Of a stretch of 45,410 bases of DNA, positions 24,306 to 33,579 are shown in pieces (position 1 is the first letter of the stretch; each line of letters opens with the position of its first letter). The notes below the pieces were generated by a model. That model did no database searches. It saw nothing but the letters and a program-made list of their open reading frames with translations, and was not told where the DNA came from. The stretch lies in contig JALHLL010000001.1 in assembly GCA_022844575.1 (NCBI GenBank), forward strand, positions 5,916-51,325. Direction: 5' to 3'. The DNA comes from a bacterium (GTDB lineage: Bacteria; Bacteroidota; Ignavibacteria; Kapaibacteriales; UBA961). The position numbers were made by a program, and so were the translations under genes.

Positions 24306-26246
24306 TTATCTGTTGACAGTAAAAGGAATACATAGATTTTCCGATGAATCGTAAAGGCAAAGAAAGTAATTTCCGCTTTCAAGTGTTCGATTATTGGACA
24401 ATGATATATCAAAACGATAGCTGGTATTAGGTATAATGGGTTCATTAGAAAGAAACACCCTTTCACCGCTTAGCGTGTACACGGCACAATATGCCCATTT
24501 TTTTACGGAAGTAACGGCAATATAGTCATAACAGGGATTTGGCGAAATAGTAACAATTCCGTTTTGCTCCTCAGTGTTTTTATCGAGTTTTGTATAAACC
24601 GAAGGACGAATATCGGAAAGTGCGGCAACAGCTGTAAGCCAAGCTCCCGTATGCGCTATGTACGATTCATTACCGATAAAACGTGGCACATCTCCATTCT
24701 GAGGAATCTCCTGTTTAAATTGCTGGGTAGCAGAAAAGCCATTCACTATTGAGCCCTTTATATCGGGAAACTCCCCATACCCGTCACGTATCCATTGATA
24801 CCCTTTTCCTACTATACATGATACCGGATTGGCTGAATAGGGATAACCGACACCGGTATTAAACCCTGCAATCCATAATAATTGCTGCTCTGCAACCGAT
24901 AAAGCGGAGGTGTCATTCATTATTAACCCATATTGTATGCACTGTTCAGCTACTTTGGAATATGTAACGCTTATGCCGTGAAATAAATCGCTGAACCAAC
25001 GTACGCCATAATATTCACCATTAGCAATTAAGCCGAAGGGATTTCTTTTTACTACATTCGCCAAAAATCCATTATAATAATCACGCACTATCTTTTTCCA
25101 TACATGTACACTATCATGCGTTGGCTGTAAGGCTATCAGGTCTAAAAAACCTTTAATATGATTTCCCCAATACACACCATAAAAATCATATCCTTTTCCA
25201 TGATAGTTTAGCCTGAGAATGTTTTTTGAATGACCATATTCATAAAATGTTCCGTAAATACCGTTTTGTGAGCGTTCTTCTTTCGTTATTTGTCTTTCAC
25301 CGAGTTCTGCAGCAATTTCATTAACAATACACCACGATGTACTATCAACAGATTCGCGATAAAAAACAACTTCCGCCTGTAACCACAAACACAATAAGGC
25401 AGAATGTAATGTATCAATCGAATAATTACTTCTCATATTTTTTAATGAGTGTAAAGCGGTTTTATAATATTTCGCGCCTATACCCTCATCATATAATTTG
25501 AAAGCGGAATAGATTTCCATAAGAGCTTGAATTGCCATCAGCTGACCCGGAATAACCCCCAAACGATGAAGTTTCCAATCTTGCCAATATCCGCCATCCA
25601 TTTTTCCTACGGAATCAATTCTCATCGTAAAGAAGTCCCCGAAATGCTCCAAGTGATTCATAAGATGAGAGTGTTCTTCTTCTGTAAAATTCCCATATTT
25701 CGATTTGAGTATATTACAAATACCAAGCACCATTGTGGCATGTGAACCCGTTTCACGAATATCTGTTCCGCAATCCACATAACCGCCTTTTGCATCGTTC
25801 TTTCTTCTTTTATCTAATTGAATTGTAAACATATCTCGTGATAATGTTTTTATGTAGTGGTCGGCAACATTTTCAACATTAAAGAAGTGGGAGCGGAGCG
25901 ATTTTGCAATGAGGTGGTATTTACCATGCGCTAAAAAATTCAGATCAATATACCAAAAGTGATTGCCCGCCCATTTACCCCAATATGTAGGGTGCCCTTG
26001 TCCGATAATGCTTCCTACTGTATCTACTACCTTGTATTCAGTAACTTTATCGCCCGAGTCACGAGACATGGAACAAAGCAGAGCGTGACGTACCCCCGGA
26101 TAAGCATAACCCGTCTGACTCACAATAAGAGATACGCTATCCGATGTTGTTACAACAGTCGGATCCCATACAGGAGTAATTATTTGCTGCGATTTAACGC
26201 TGCAAAAACTTAAGAAAAAAAGTATGAATAATACTGCGGGCATCAT
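24306..26246 (-). CDS. T9SS-sorted (alpha/alpha)6-barrel glycoside-hydrolase-like protein, distantly GH9-like
   Basis: It has a signal peptide. KGGYVDCGTDIRETGSH resembles the GH9 GGWYDAGDH region. The C-terminal pattern QQLLWIAGFN...IVGKGY...GSIVNGF...GNESYIAHTGAWLTAVAAL resembles the GH9 end (NEVA...NA). The CTD is ISPNPCYDYIAVT...GNYFLCLY. The assignment is tentative. Confidence 0.4.
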   Translation of the reverse strand: MMPAVLFILFFLSFCSVKSQQIITPVWDPTVVTTSDSVSLIVSQTGYAYPGVRHALLCSMSRDSGDKVTEYKVVDTVGSIIGQGHPTYWGKWAGNHFWYIDLNFLAHGKYHLIAKSLRSHFFNVENVADHYIKTLSRDMFTIQLDKRRKNDAKGGYVDCGTDIRETGSHATMVLGICNILKSKYGNFTEEEHSHLMNHLEHFGDFFTMRIDSVGKMDGGYWQDWKLHRLGVIPGQLMAIQALMEIYSAFKLYDEGIGAKYYKTALHSLKNMRSNYSIDTLHSALLCLWLQAEVVFYRESVDSTSWCIVNEIAAELGERQITKEERSQNGIYGTFYEYGHSKNILRLNYHGKGYDFYGVYWGNHIKGFLDLIALQPTHDSVHVWKKIVRDYYNGFLANVVKRNPFGLIANGEYYGVRWFSDLFHGISVTYSKVAEQCIQYGLIMNDTSALSVAEQQLLWIAGFNTGVGYPYSANPVSCIVGKGYQWIRDGYGEFPDIKGSIVNGFSATQQFKQEIPQNGDVPRFIGNESYIAHTGAWLTAVAALSDIRPSVYTKLDKNTEEQNGIVTISPNPCYDYIAVTSVKKWAYCAVYTLSGERVFLSNEPIIPNTSYRFDISLSNNRTLESGNYFLCLYDSSENLCIPFTVNR

Positions 26247-26271
26247 GGATACTGAATATATATTGCGATGA

Positions 26272-27213
26272 TTAGTCTTTACTATACCACTCCAATATAG
26301 GTTTTTTCTTTAATACCTGATATTGTACCAAAGTATCGGCAACTATCGTGAAGCCGTTTTTATCAATATTCGACCCCATAAAAAATTTCGGTACCGATAC
26401 CGCTTGGGCTAATCCTTCTTTTTGTATAGGAGTATATTTTAGTAATGTCTTTTTGGCACCGACAATATCATTCCCTATATTTTTAAGCGACTCTTCAAAT
26501 ATAGAATATAGTTTTTGCGCTACTTCGGGGTTTTCATCTGCAAATTTAGCATTGAATGAATAATAACCGCCAACCCATTGAGGAAAAATGTCCTTTTCAA
26601 TTGCGCCTTGTTGTAATACTTTTGCTTTTTTTGTCACCTTTGCTATAGTGCCAATCGGTTCCAAACACATAATGGCATCGGCACCTCCGCTTTCAAGAGC
26701 TTGTAACTGTAAAGGCGGTGGCATTTCCACAAGGCGACTTTGCTCACCCCAGGCATTATTCTTTTTCAGATATAAAGTTGTAAATGTTTTTATTGCAGCT
26801 CCGGGAAAACATCCTATCGTTTTGTTTTTCAGTTGAGAGACTGAATCAATACCCGATGTTGGCGAAACAAGAAGTGATGACATGTGGTTCTTCTCGGAGG
26901 CAACAATCGAAAGAAATATTTTCATCTTCGAGGCAGATGTTTGGGCTAAGGCAAGCCCCACAAAACTGCTTGTACCGGCATCTACATCAATTTGCCCATC
27001 CACCAATGCCTGACCCAGCAAATTGCTGGACTCAAACTTTTTCAACTCAACCTCAATACCGTTTTGTTCAAACATCTTTTGCTCAAGTGCAACAAACAAA
27101 GGCAAATTGCTTGTAACACCAAGATAACCGATTCTCACTTTCGGATTTGACGGTTTGGAACATGAGGAAAAAAGAACGGAAATACAGAAGATAATACCGA
27201 TGAATATTCTCAT
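26272..27213 (-). CDS. NMT1/THI5-like (NitT/TauT family) ABC-type substrate-binding lipoprotein, orphan
   Basis: RIGYLGVTSNLPLFVALEQKMFEQNGIEVELKKFESSNLLGQALVDGQIDV is typical of SsuA/TauA/NMT1-like binding proteins. The start is placed at MRIFIGIIFCISVLFSSC (lipobox). No permease or ATPase gene is adjacent. Confidence 0.75.
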   Translation of the reverse strand: MRIFIGIIFCISVLFSSCSKPSNPKVRIGYLGVTSNLPLFVALEQKMFEQNGIEVELKKFESSNLLGQALVDGQIDVDAGTSSFVGLALAQTSASKMKIFLSIVASEKNHMSSLLVSPTSGIDSVSQLKNKTIGCFPGAAIKTFTTLYLKKNNAWGEQSRLVEMPPPLQLQALESGGADAIMCLEPIGTIAKVTKKAKVLQQGAIEKDIFPQWVGGYYSFNAKFADENPEVAQKLYSIFEESLKNIGNDIVGAKKTLLKYTPIQKEGLAQAVSVPKFFMGSNIDKNGFTIVADTLVQYQVLKKKPILEWYSKD

Positions 27214-27243
27214 AATACACAATGATTGGAGTGATAAAATTCT

Positions 27244-27251
27244 CAAAACTA
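27244..27251 (-). promoter_or_regulatory. candidate -7 box TAGTTTTG
   Basis: It is a TAnnTTTG match 31 nt upstream of the ATG at 27213. Confidence 0.35.
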
Positions 27252-27751
27252 CAGAAAAAAGCAGCACATTTATTTTACTTTGTAAAGTACGAGGTATGTT
27301 CATTTTATGGTTCGGAAGATTCTGCCATCTGTTTTCATCTATTAAAATCATCACTTTTTGAGTATTGAGTACAATTTGTTTAATACGTTCTCGTCGGACT
27401 CTTGCGTTTCTTTATTACAATAAAGGTTTACACCGGATATGTCCAAACATTCTTTGATACAAAATATGTGCTATGGGTTAACAACCTTAGCCCATGTTTC
27501 AAGGAATCGGTTCAACAGGGGCCTCACTCATTTCATTTATCACGCTTTTACATTCGGAATTCGCTTCGGCAGAGCAAACCCATCAAGCAAAGTCAACTGC
27601 ATTTATCTGATAGGCGGTCGCCGTATCAAGATTACTCTCAATTATCAGAACAGACCTGTTTTCGACACGAACACTAATTCAGTACAAGAACGTAAAAACG
27701 CTTTAATAATGCAGTTTCAGGCGGCAATACTATAAAAGAACACTAAACCTC

Positions 27752-27780
27752 AATAAAAAAGCCATGAATTTCATGGCTTT
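27752..27780 (-). terminator. rho-independent terminator of the two-component operon
   Basis: The hairpin is agccatgaa-ttt-catggct (27760-27779), with a U-run on the minus-strand RNA. The response-regulator stop codon lies inside the stem. Confidence 0.75.
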
Positions 27781-28484
27781 TTTATTACTCTATTATTCGA
27801 AAGTTTATCAACCAAATCTTCCTTAAATGAATCGCCGATAGGTATATGGAATATACCCACATCCACATAATTGGAATCAAAACTTTTCACAAAATCCCGA
27901 TTGACGATATACGATTTATTTACCCTTATAAAGTTCGGAATTTTTAGATTACTTTCTAAGTTTTTCAAGTTAAAGGCAACGAGAAAGTTCTCCTTTCCGC
28001 ACACTATTTTCGAATAATCTTTTTCCCCTTCTATATACATCACATCCTTTATATTGATTCTTACATATTTTTTATTAGCCCGTATAAAAAAGTATTCATT
28101 CTCTTTCACTATCACATCTTCATTTTTTCTCTTTTCATGCAACTCGGAACATTTTTTAACGGTTTTAAAAAAACGCTCCAAACGAATCGGCTTAGTTAAG
28201 TAATCAATTACATCATATTCATAGCTTTCAAGCGCATATTGTGGGAAAGCCGTTGTTATAACAACCATAGCCGGATGCCTATTCATCTTTAAGTATTCAA
28301 AACCGTTTATGCCGGGGATATGAATATCGAGAAATATAATATCCGTGTTTGTCTCTTGTAAAAAATTATCGGCTTCAATAATAGTAGCAAAACTTCCCAG
28401 ATGCTCCAAATCGGGAATCTCCGTAATCAAAAGTTCCATTCCTTGTCTTGCAAGGGGTTCATCATCAATAACGATACATCTCAT
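27771..28484 (-). CDS. LytR/AlgR-family response regulator (receiver + LytTR DNA-binding domain)
   Basis: The receiver motifs are MRCIVIDDEPLAR and FLDIHIPGINGF. The C-terminal LytTR-type domain is about 100 aa. There is a 4-nt overlap with the kinase gene. Confidence 0.9.
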   Translation of the reverse strand: MRCIVIDDEPLARQGMELLITEIPDLEHLGSFATIIEADNFLQETNTDIIFLDIHIPGINGFEYLKMNRHPAMVVITTAFPQYALESYEYDVIDYLTKPIRLERFFKTVKKCSELHEKRKNEDVIVKENEYFFIRANKKYVRINIKDVMYIEGEKDYSKIVCGKENFLVAFNLKNLESNLKIPNFIRVNKSYIVNRDFVKSFDSNYVDVGIFHIPIGDSFKEDLVDKLSNNRVIKKP

Positions 28485-29521
28485 ACAAGTTCCAATCGTA
28501 AGTCCGCACAGTACATATCGTTTTTCACGGTATGGTTCAAACTGTGTTTATGTGGGTAACTAATTTGTAAACGTCTCGATAAGTTGTGAAGACCTAAACC
28601 TTTTTCATTATATTTTCCGCTCGCCGGTATTGAATTGCAAATAGAAAAATGCAATTCCGTTTTATTAACATTCAATGTAACCACAATGGTACATTGCGTT
28701 AATTGTTGCGAACCATGCTTAATGGCATTTTCCACCAATGGTGTAAACATCATCGGCTGTATCATACAATTATTATCACCGATATTTATTGCCATTGTAA
28801 TTATCAAATCATCTTTTCGCAGTTTTTCGAGATTCAACAAATCATTTATATATCGTACCTCTTGTTCAAGCTGAACCGTTTCTTTCTGTATTTCGTATAA
28901 TTGATAGCGTGTTATATCGGCGAGAGCAAGAATAGATTCGGCTGCTTTACCGGAGTCCTTTTTACACAATACATATAGATTATTAAGTGTATTAAATAAA
29001 AAGTGAGGACTTATTTGATTTTTCAATGATTCCAATTCCGCCTTCAGTATCAGATTTTCGTATTCGGAAATCTGCTTTTGTGTCTTAAAAAGTGAATGTA
29101 ATAATACAAAAGCCAATCCCACCGCCCCTATCATCGCATTAACAAGTATATTGATCCCGAAATCCTTTAGATATAGTTGTGTCTCTTTTGTAAACCGATC
29201 GGCAAAATCTCCGATACCATTAGAATAGACAAGCTGCTCTAAACAGTAACTTACAATATTAACCAGAAGTGAAAGTAAAAAATAAGTAATGTATTTACCA
29301 CGGAATAGGTACCGAGGTATCAGTACATGTATATTAAACGATAGGAATACAAAATATACTGAAGCATATAAACACAGCTGTAGCCATCCAAATAATTCGT
29401 TTACATGCCGAGCCGAATATACACCCCACCATAAATAGACAAAGGATGCAAATAAGAGTATATGAAGTAATCGCTCCTTACGGCTCAGAACGATAATATT
29501 TCCTTGTTTAAGGTTTTGCAT
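28481..29521 (-). CDS. sensor histidine kinase, LytS/YehU-type (His_kinase PF06580-like + HATPase)
   Basis: It has several N-terminal TM helices. Then comes QISPHFLFNTLNNL (the phospho-acceptor region of this family), followed by the ATPase motifs ENAIKHG and GLGLHN. Confidence 0.85.
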   Translation of the reverse strand: MQNLKQGNIIVLSRKERLLHILLFASFVYLWWGVYSARHVNELFGWLQLCLYASVYFVFLSFNIHVLIPRYLFRGKYITYFLLSLLVNIVSYCLEQLVYSNGIGDFADRFTKETQLYLKDFGINILVNAMIGAVGLAFVLLHSLFKTQKQISEYENLILKAELESLKNQISPHFLFNTLNNLYVLCKKDSGKAAESILALADITRYQLYEIQKETVQLEQEVRYINDLLNLEKLRKDDLIITMAINIGDNNCMIQPMMFTPLVENAIKHGSQQLTQCTIVVTLNVNKTELHFSICNSIPASGKYNEKGLGLHNLSRRLQISYPHKHSLNHTVKNDMYCADLRLELV

Positions 29522-29550
29522 AATGTATTATCATTGGTACAAGTACTCCG

Positions 29551-29558
29551 CAAACTTA
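29551..29558 (-). promoter_or_regulatory. candidate -7 box TAAGTTTG for the kinase/regulator operon
   Basis: It is a TAnnTTTG match 30 nt upstream of the ATG at 29521. Confidence 0.35.
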
Positions 29559-29740
29559 CACATTTATTTTCTCAGAACGCTTTACCGAAGCAGGCAAATA
29601 ATTACAAGAAAATGACTTATATACTTTTTCCCGCAAATTGAGAACTATGGAAAAGAATCTTATATAGAGTGTATCATACCGTTTATATAATTAATATGGC
29701 TTTTGGTATAAAAGCAAAACAAACGGTATTAGCGAAAGAG

Positions 29741-29748
29741 TAATTTTG
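29741..29748 (+). promoter_or_regulatory. candidate -7 box TAATTTTG for the BNR-propeller genes
   Basis: It is a TAnnTTTG match 73 nt upstream of the ATG at 29821. Confidence 0.35.
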
Positions 29749-29820
29749 AGGCGTTAATTTTTATTCATCAAACAACACCCTACTTTTTAAGTACATTATT
29801 CACCATTACATATTGCCAAA

Positions 29821-31083
29821 ATGAAAACTTTTGTTATCACATTGTCTCTTTTACTCCTATTAACAGCCGAAATGTTCTCCCAACAATGGGAGAACATCGG
29901 TAATTCCATAACTTCTTCCAGCATATACGATGTACATATAAACGGTGCGGGACATGGCTATGCAGTCGGTTGGTCGAGCGAACCCGTTATCCTTAAAACT
30001 CGGGACTTCGGCACAACATGGGAAACTCTTTCAGCACCTTCAAGCGCTTTATTGTTTTATGTAACCATGCGCGGAAACGACACGGTATATATTGTCGGTT
30101 ATTCGGGTCCAAATAATTGCGGTTTGGTCTCCATATCATACGATGCAGGTAATAATTGGGAACATAAACTCTTCAACGGTACTGATAATCCCAGTTCCTT
30201 CGGCTTTTATCAATATAAAATTACACCTAAAGCGGATTATATATGCGGTTATGGCGGAGCCGTTTTCAAAAGCACTGATAAAGGCCAATCATGGAGTGAA
30301 ACCACAACCGGATCTACCGTGGCAACATTTCGCTCTATTGGGTTCTATAATGATAAATACGGTTATGCAGCTTGCGACCCCGCCGGTGGATTTTCCAACA
30401 TAAATACATTATACTCCACTACAAACGGAGGCGAGAGTTGGGAGAAAAATTCATCACTAAAAAACTCCATTATTGCTTCCATCGAATGTATAAGTGAAAA
30501 TACCGCTTTTATTTTCGGTTATGGTGGCGGAACAGAAGCTGTTCAGAAAACTACCGATGGTGGTAAAACTTGGGAAATTGTATGGTCAGGCGAAAGTAAC
30601 AAAACATTACAAGGCGGAAAATTCTTTACATCCGAAACAGGAATTGCCGTTGGTGGTAACGGTACCGTTATTATAACTAAAGATGGCGGTAATTCATGGG
30701 AAAATATCTCTCTTCCGGAAACTAATAATCTTATGTCTTGTTCAATGGCATCCGACATGGTTTATGTATCGGGTGCGGGCGGTACTTTATGGCGTAGAAC
30801 ATCTCTTTCCGACATACCTACTGTATCAAATTCACAAAATGAAGTCTCCGTTTATCCGGTTCCCGCTTATGAATACTGCACTGTAGCGACCGACGAACAA
30901 TATCTGAACGGAACTATTATCATGAAAAATTTATCGGGCGAAATAGTCTTACAATCAGCTATTTCAGGTTCTCATACACAACTTACACTCAATACTATAA
31001 CTGCGGGAATCTATTGTTTGGAAATCGTTGCAGCAGATAGAAACAACAAAAAGATTCAATGGTTCGTGCATCTTCCCCTGTGA
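29821..31083 (+). CDS. T9SS-sorted BNR/Asp-box beta-propeller protein (Ycf48/sortilin-like)
   Basis: It has six S/T-x-D-x-G-x-(T/S)-W boxes (TRDFGTTWE, SYDAGNNWE, STDKGQSWS, TTNGGESWE, TTDGGKTWE, TKDGGNSWE). It also has a signal peptide and the CTD VYPVPAYEYCTVAT...GIYCLEIV. Confidence 0.8.
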   Translation: MKTFVITLSLLLLLTAEMFSQQWENIGNSITSSSIYDVHINGAGHGYAVGWSSEPVILKTRDFGTTWETLSAPSSALLFYVTMRGNDTVYIVGYSGPNNCGLVSISYDAGNNWEHKLFNGTDNPSSFGFYQYKITPKADYICGYGGAVFKSTDKGQSWSETTTGSTVATFRSIGFYNDKYGYAACDPAGGFSNINTLYSTTNGGESWEKNSSLKNSIIASIECISENTAFIFGYGGGTEAVQKTTDGGKTWEIVWSGESNKTLQGGKFFTSETGIAVGGNGTVIITKDGGNSWENISLPETNNLMSCSMASDMVYVSGAGGTLWRRTSLSDIPTVSNSQNEVSVYPVPAYEYCTVATDEQYLNGTIIMKNLSGEIVLQSAISGSHTQLTLNTITAGIYCLEIVAADRNNKKIQWFVHLPL

Positions 31084-31194
31084 TGTAACCCCCCTCTCCA
31101 CAAGGCCCCATTGCCACCGAATAACCGGTTATTCGCAACAGTTGGGGCTATTTTTATTCAACAGTATTTTTCTACCACATTCGGAGATATAGCC

Positions 31195-33507
31195 ATGAAA
31201 AAAAACTTATTTATTTATTTCCTTTTGTGTATTAGTGCTTTAGTATCGGCACAAAGCCAACAATGGAAACTTTCCAAAGCGCCTGCGGAATATGATATTT
31301 GGGATATTACGATGGTCAATAAACTATCGGGTTCCGCAGCAATATGGGATTCACGTTCAGGAGCAAATGCAAAAATTATTTCTACCAATGATGGCGGAAA
31401 AACATGGACACAAGCATATGATGAAATCTTTCGCGGTGCAACGGCAATTGACCGTTTGGATGACAAAAATGCTTTTGCCGTCGGTGGGGCAAATAATTAT
31501 CTCGCTTGTTGGAAATCGAATAATAATTTAAATTCTTTTACACCCATGATGGAGCCCGATAAATTTATAGAGGGCAAACCGTCATTTTGGTCGATAGATT
31601 TTATTTCTGCTACTCATGGTTTCGGCGGCGCTTCCGTCGGTAAGATATTAAAAACAACAAATGGCGGCTCTACATGGACATATTTACCCGATAATTTTAC
31701 GGCAGGGTGTATTGTTGCCATCCACTTCATCAATCAGAATATCGGTTTTATTGCAAAATCGGATGCTAATGATGATCCATACAGAGGAAAAAATCTATAT
31801 AAAACTTTAGATGGTGGAAAAACATGGACAAAGGTTTTCACAACCGATGTTATCAGGAAAATATATTTTCAAGATGAGAAAATCGGCTTCTGCGTCGGCG
31901 GAATTGGCGGAACTCCGAGAATATGGAGAACAAATGACGGCGGTGAAAATTGGAAACCTGTATTCTTCGGGAACCCTGAAGCTTATTGGATGAACGGTAT
32001 TTCTTTTACGGCAAACAAATATGTCGGTTATGCAGTTGCCGGTAATATTTATAATAATAATCAGGGAGCTATTTTCAGAACCACCGACGGCGGTTTAACA
32101 TGGGAAAGAGAAATAGGAAATTTACCGACCTGTTTATTAAAAGTTTCTTTTTTTGAGGAGACAAACGGCATTGCCGTCGGCACAAAGGGTTATACTTATT
32201 ATGCCGAAAAAACCAAACAGCCACCTTTTGTTGCCGGAATTTCCATCTCTGATACGGCATTCGATCTGGGTACTACCTCCCCCAATGAAACATTAACAGG
32301 ATATTATACAATTACGGCAAAAAACCCTGCAGGAATTACCATTACAAGTATCACTTCCGATGATAAAGATTTTGCTAAAAAAGGATTTACGATTGATACA
32401 AAGGATGTTGCATTCCCATTAACTATAGAGTATGGTGATGAGTATAATTTTGAAATACATTTTACCAATAGTAAAAGTGGTGGATATGCTTCGACAATAA
32501 CATTTAAAAGTAATGATAATAAACAACCGTTAAAAACAATTCCCGTTCTGGCAGACTGCGAACAAGGAGAAGTACAAACAGCCCGAATTTCAGTTTCAGA
32601 TATAGCTTTTGGCAATATTGAAATAAATGACAATAAGCAGGAAACATTCTTTATAGGAAGTAAAAACTCAGCCGGTTTACATATTGACAGTATTTATTTA
32701 GCACAATCCGATGAAGTGTTCTTGATTTCAGCGGAACAAAAACTACCCTTTACACTCCTCGGTCTCGACAGCATTAAAGTTACCGTTAATGTTTCTGCAT
32801 TGAAAACCGGCTTATTCTCCAATACGATCATTATTAAAACTTCCGATGCTGCCAATCCGGTTATCAGCATACCGATTTCAGTAACTATCTCAGAAAAGAA
32901 TGTACCAACGGCAGGTTTGTCTGTCAGCGAAGTGGATTTCGGGAATCTGACTCCCAATAATAATAAAGAATCTTCTTTCAAGATTTATAGTACTAATGCA
33001 GCAGGACTAACTATACATTCCATTACAATCAATGATAATACCGATAATTATTATTCTTTTACAAGTTCTAAAAAGTTGCCTGCAACACTTACGGGTAAAG
33101 ATAGCATAACAGTAACTGTAAAAGCCAATCCGAAAAGCGGCGGTATATTCAATCGTTCCATGCTCATAGAAACAAATAATACTACGCAGAATTCGATAAT
33201 AATACCGCTCAAATCGAATGTTACTATATCCGACATAGACGATGAAGAAAAGAATATTGATTTTTCAATTTTTAGCAACTCTTCCGATAAGAAAGCTATT
33301 ATTCGTTTTTCATCGCCCATATATGCTCTTGCCGGAATTACCATTTCCGATTCCGAAGGAAGAAATGTAGTAACCTTTTCCCATCATGCCGGTGAAGGTG
33401 TCAATCTTTATTCATTCGATACGGAAAAATTGGCAAGCGGCATATATTTTGTCTCATTATCATTAGGAGGTAAACAATATGTGAAGAAGATGATATTAAC
33501 TCAATAA
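31195..33507 (+). CDS. T9SS-sorted BNR/Asp-box propeller + 3 choice-of-anchor-D-like Ig domains
   Basis: The start is at MKKNLFIYFLLCISALVSAQ. The Asp-boxes are TNDGGKTWT, TTNGGSTWT, TLDGGKTWT, TNDGGENWK and TTDGGLTWE. Three units of about 110 aa follow, with the pattern (I/V)S.(S/T).(I/V)(A/D)FG......N......F.I...N..G(L/I).I.SI.........F........LP..L.G.DSI.VTV......G.F....I(I/L).(T/S).(D/N). A CTD follows. Confidence 0.8.
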   Translation: MKKNLFIYFLLCISALVSAQSQQWKLSKAPAEYDIWDITMVNKLSGSAAIWDSRSGANAKIISTNDGGKTWTQAYDEIFRGATAIDRLDDKNAFAVGGANNYLACWKSNNNLNSFTPMMEPDKFIEGKPSFWSIDFISATHGFGGASVGKILKTTNGGSTWTYLPDNFTAGCIVAIHFINQNIGFIAKSDANDDPYRGKNLYKTLDGGKTWTKVFTTDVIRKIYFQDEKIGFCVGGIGGTPRIWRTNDGGENWKPVFFGNPEAYWMNGISFTANKYVGYAVAGNIYNNNQGAIFRTTDGGLTWEREIGNLPTCLLKVSFFEETNGIAVGTKGYTYYAEKTKQPPFVAGISISDTAFDLGTTSPNETLTGYYTITAKNPAGITITSITSDDKDFAKKGFTIDTKDVAFPLTIEYGDEYNFEIHFTNSKSGGYASTITFKSNDNKQPLKTIPVLADCEQGEVQTARISVSDIAFGNIEINDNKQETFFIGSKNSAGLHIDSIYLAQSDEVFLISAEQKLPFTLLGLDSIKVTVNVSALKTGLFSNTIIIKTSDAANPVISIPISVTISEKNVPTAGLSVSEVDFGNLTPNNNKESSFKIYSTNAAGLTIHSITINDNTDNYYSFTSSKKLPATLTGKDSITVTVKANPKSGGIFNRSMLIETNNTTQNSIIIPLKSNVTISDIDDEEKNIDFSIFSNSSDKKAIIRFSSPIYALAGITISDSEGRNVVTFSHHAGEGVNLYSFDTEKLASGIYFVSLSLGGKQYVKKMILTQ

Positions 33508-33531
33508 TATCGCATGTTTGTAAAACAAAAA

Positions 33532-33569
33532 AGGGCTGCTTTCTTATGAAAGCAGCCCTTTGTTTTTTT
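33532..33569. terminator. bidirectional rho-independent terminator between convergent genes
   Basis: The perfect 12-bp stem is agggctgctttc-ttat-gaaagcagccct, flanked by an A-run and a T-run. Confidence 0.85.
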
Positions 33570-33579
33570 CTTCCGTACT

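Noticed and set aside
27402-27735. Two overlapping plus-strand ORFs (91 and 98 aa) in the long intergenic gap.
   Set aside because: There are no RBS, promoter or recognisable motifs. They overlap each other in different frames and would run convergently into the response-regulator terminator. The region is kept as an unexplained non-coding finding instead.
27252-27751. TPP (THI-box) or other riboswitch upstream of the NMT1/THI5-like binding-protein gene.
   Set aside because: Reading the minus strand, I could not find the conserved CUGAGA plus ACCUGAUCUGGAUAAUGCCAGCG-type elements or another riboswitch core I know. The candidate -7 box lies only 31 nt from the ATG. Only an Infernal scan can settle it.
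33569-33579. The 11-mer tcttccgtact is shared between the 3' flank of the nuclease gene (33569-33579, plus strand) and the cassette 2 3' flank (19081-19091, opposite orientation).
   Set aside because: The orientation relative to the genes is opposite. The motif is missing from the cassette 1 copy. It does not extend the conserved 20-nt box. It is most likely coincidence.
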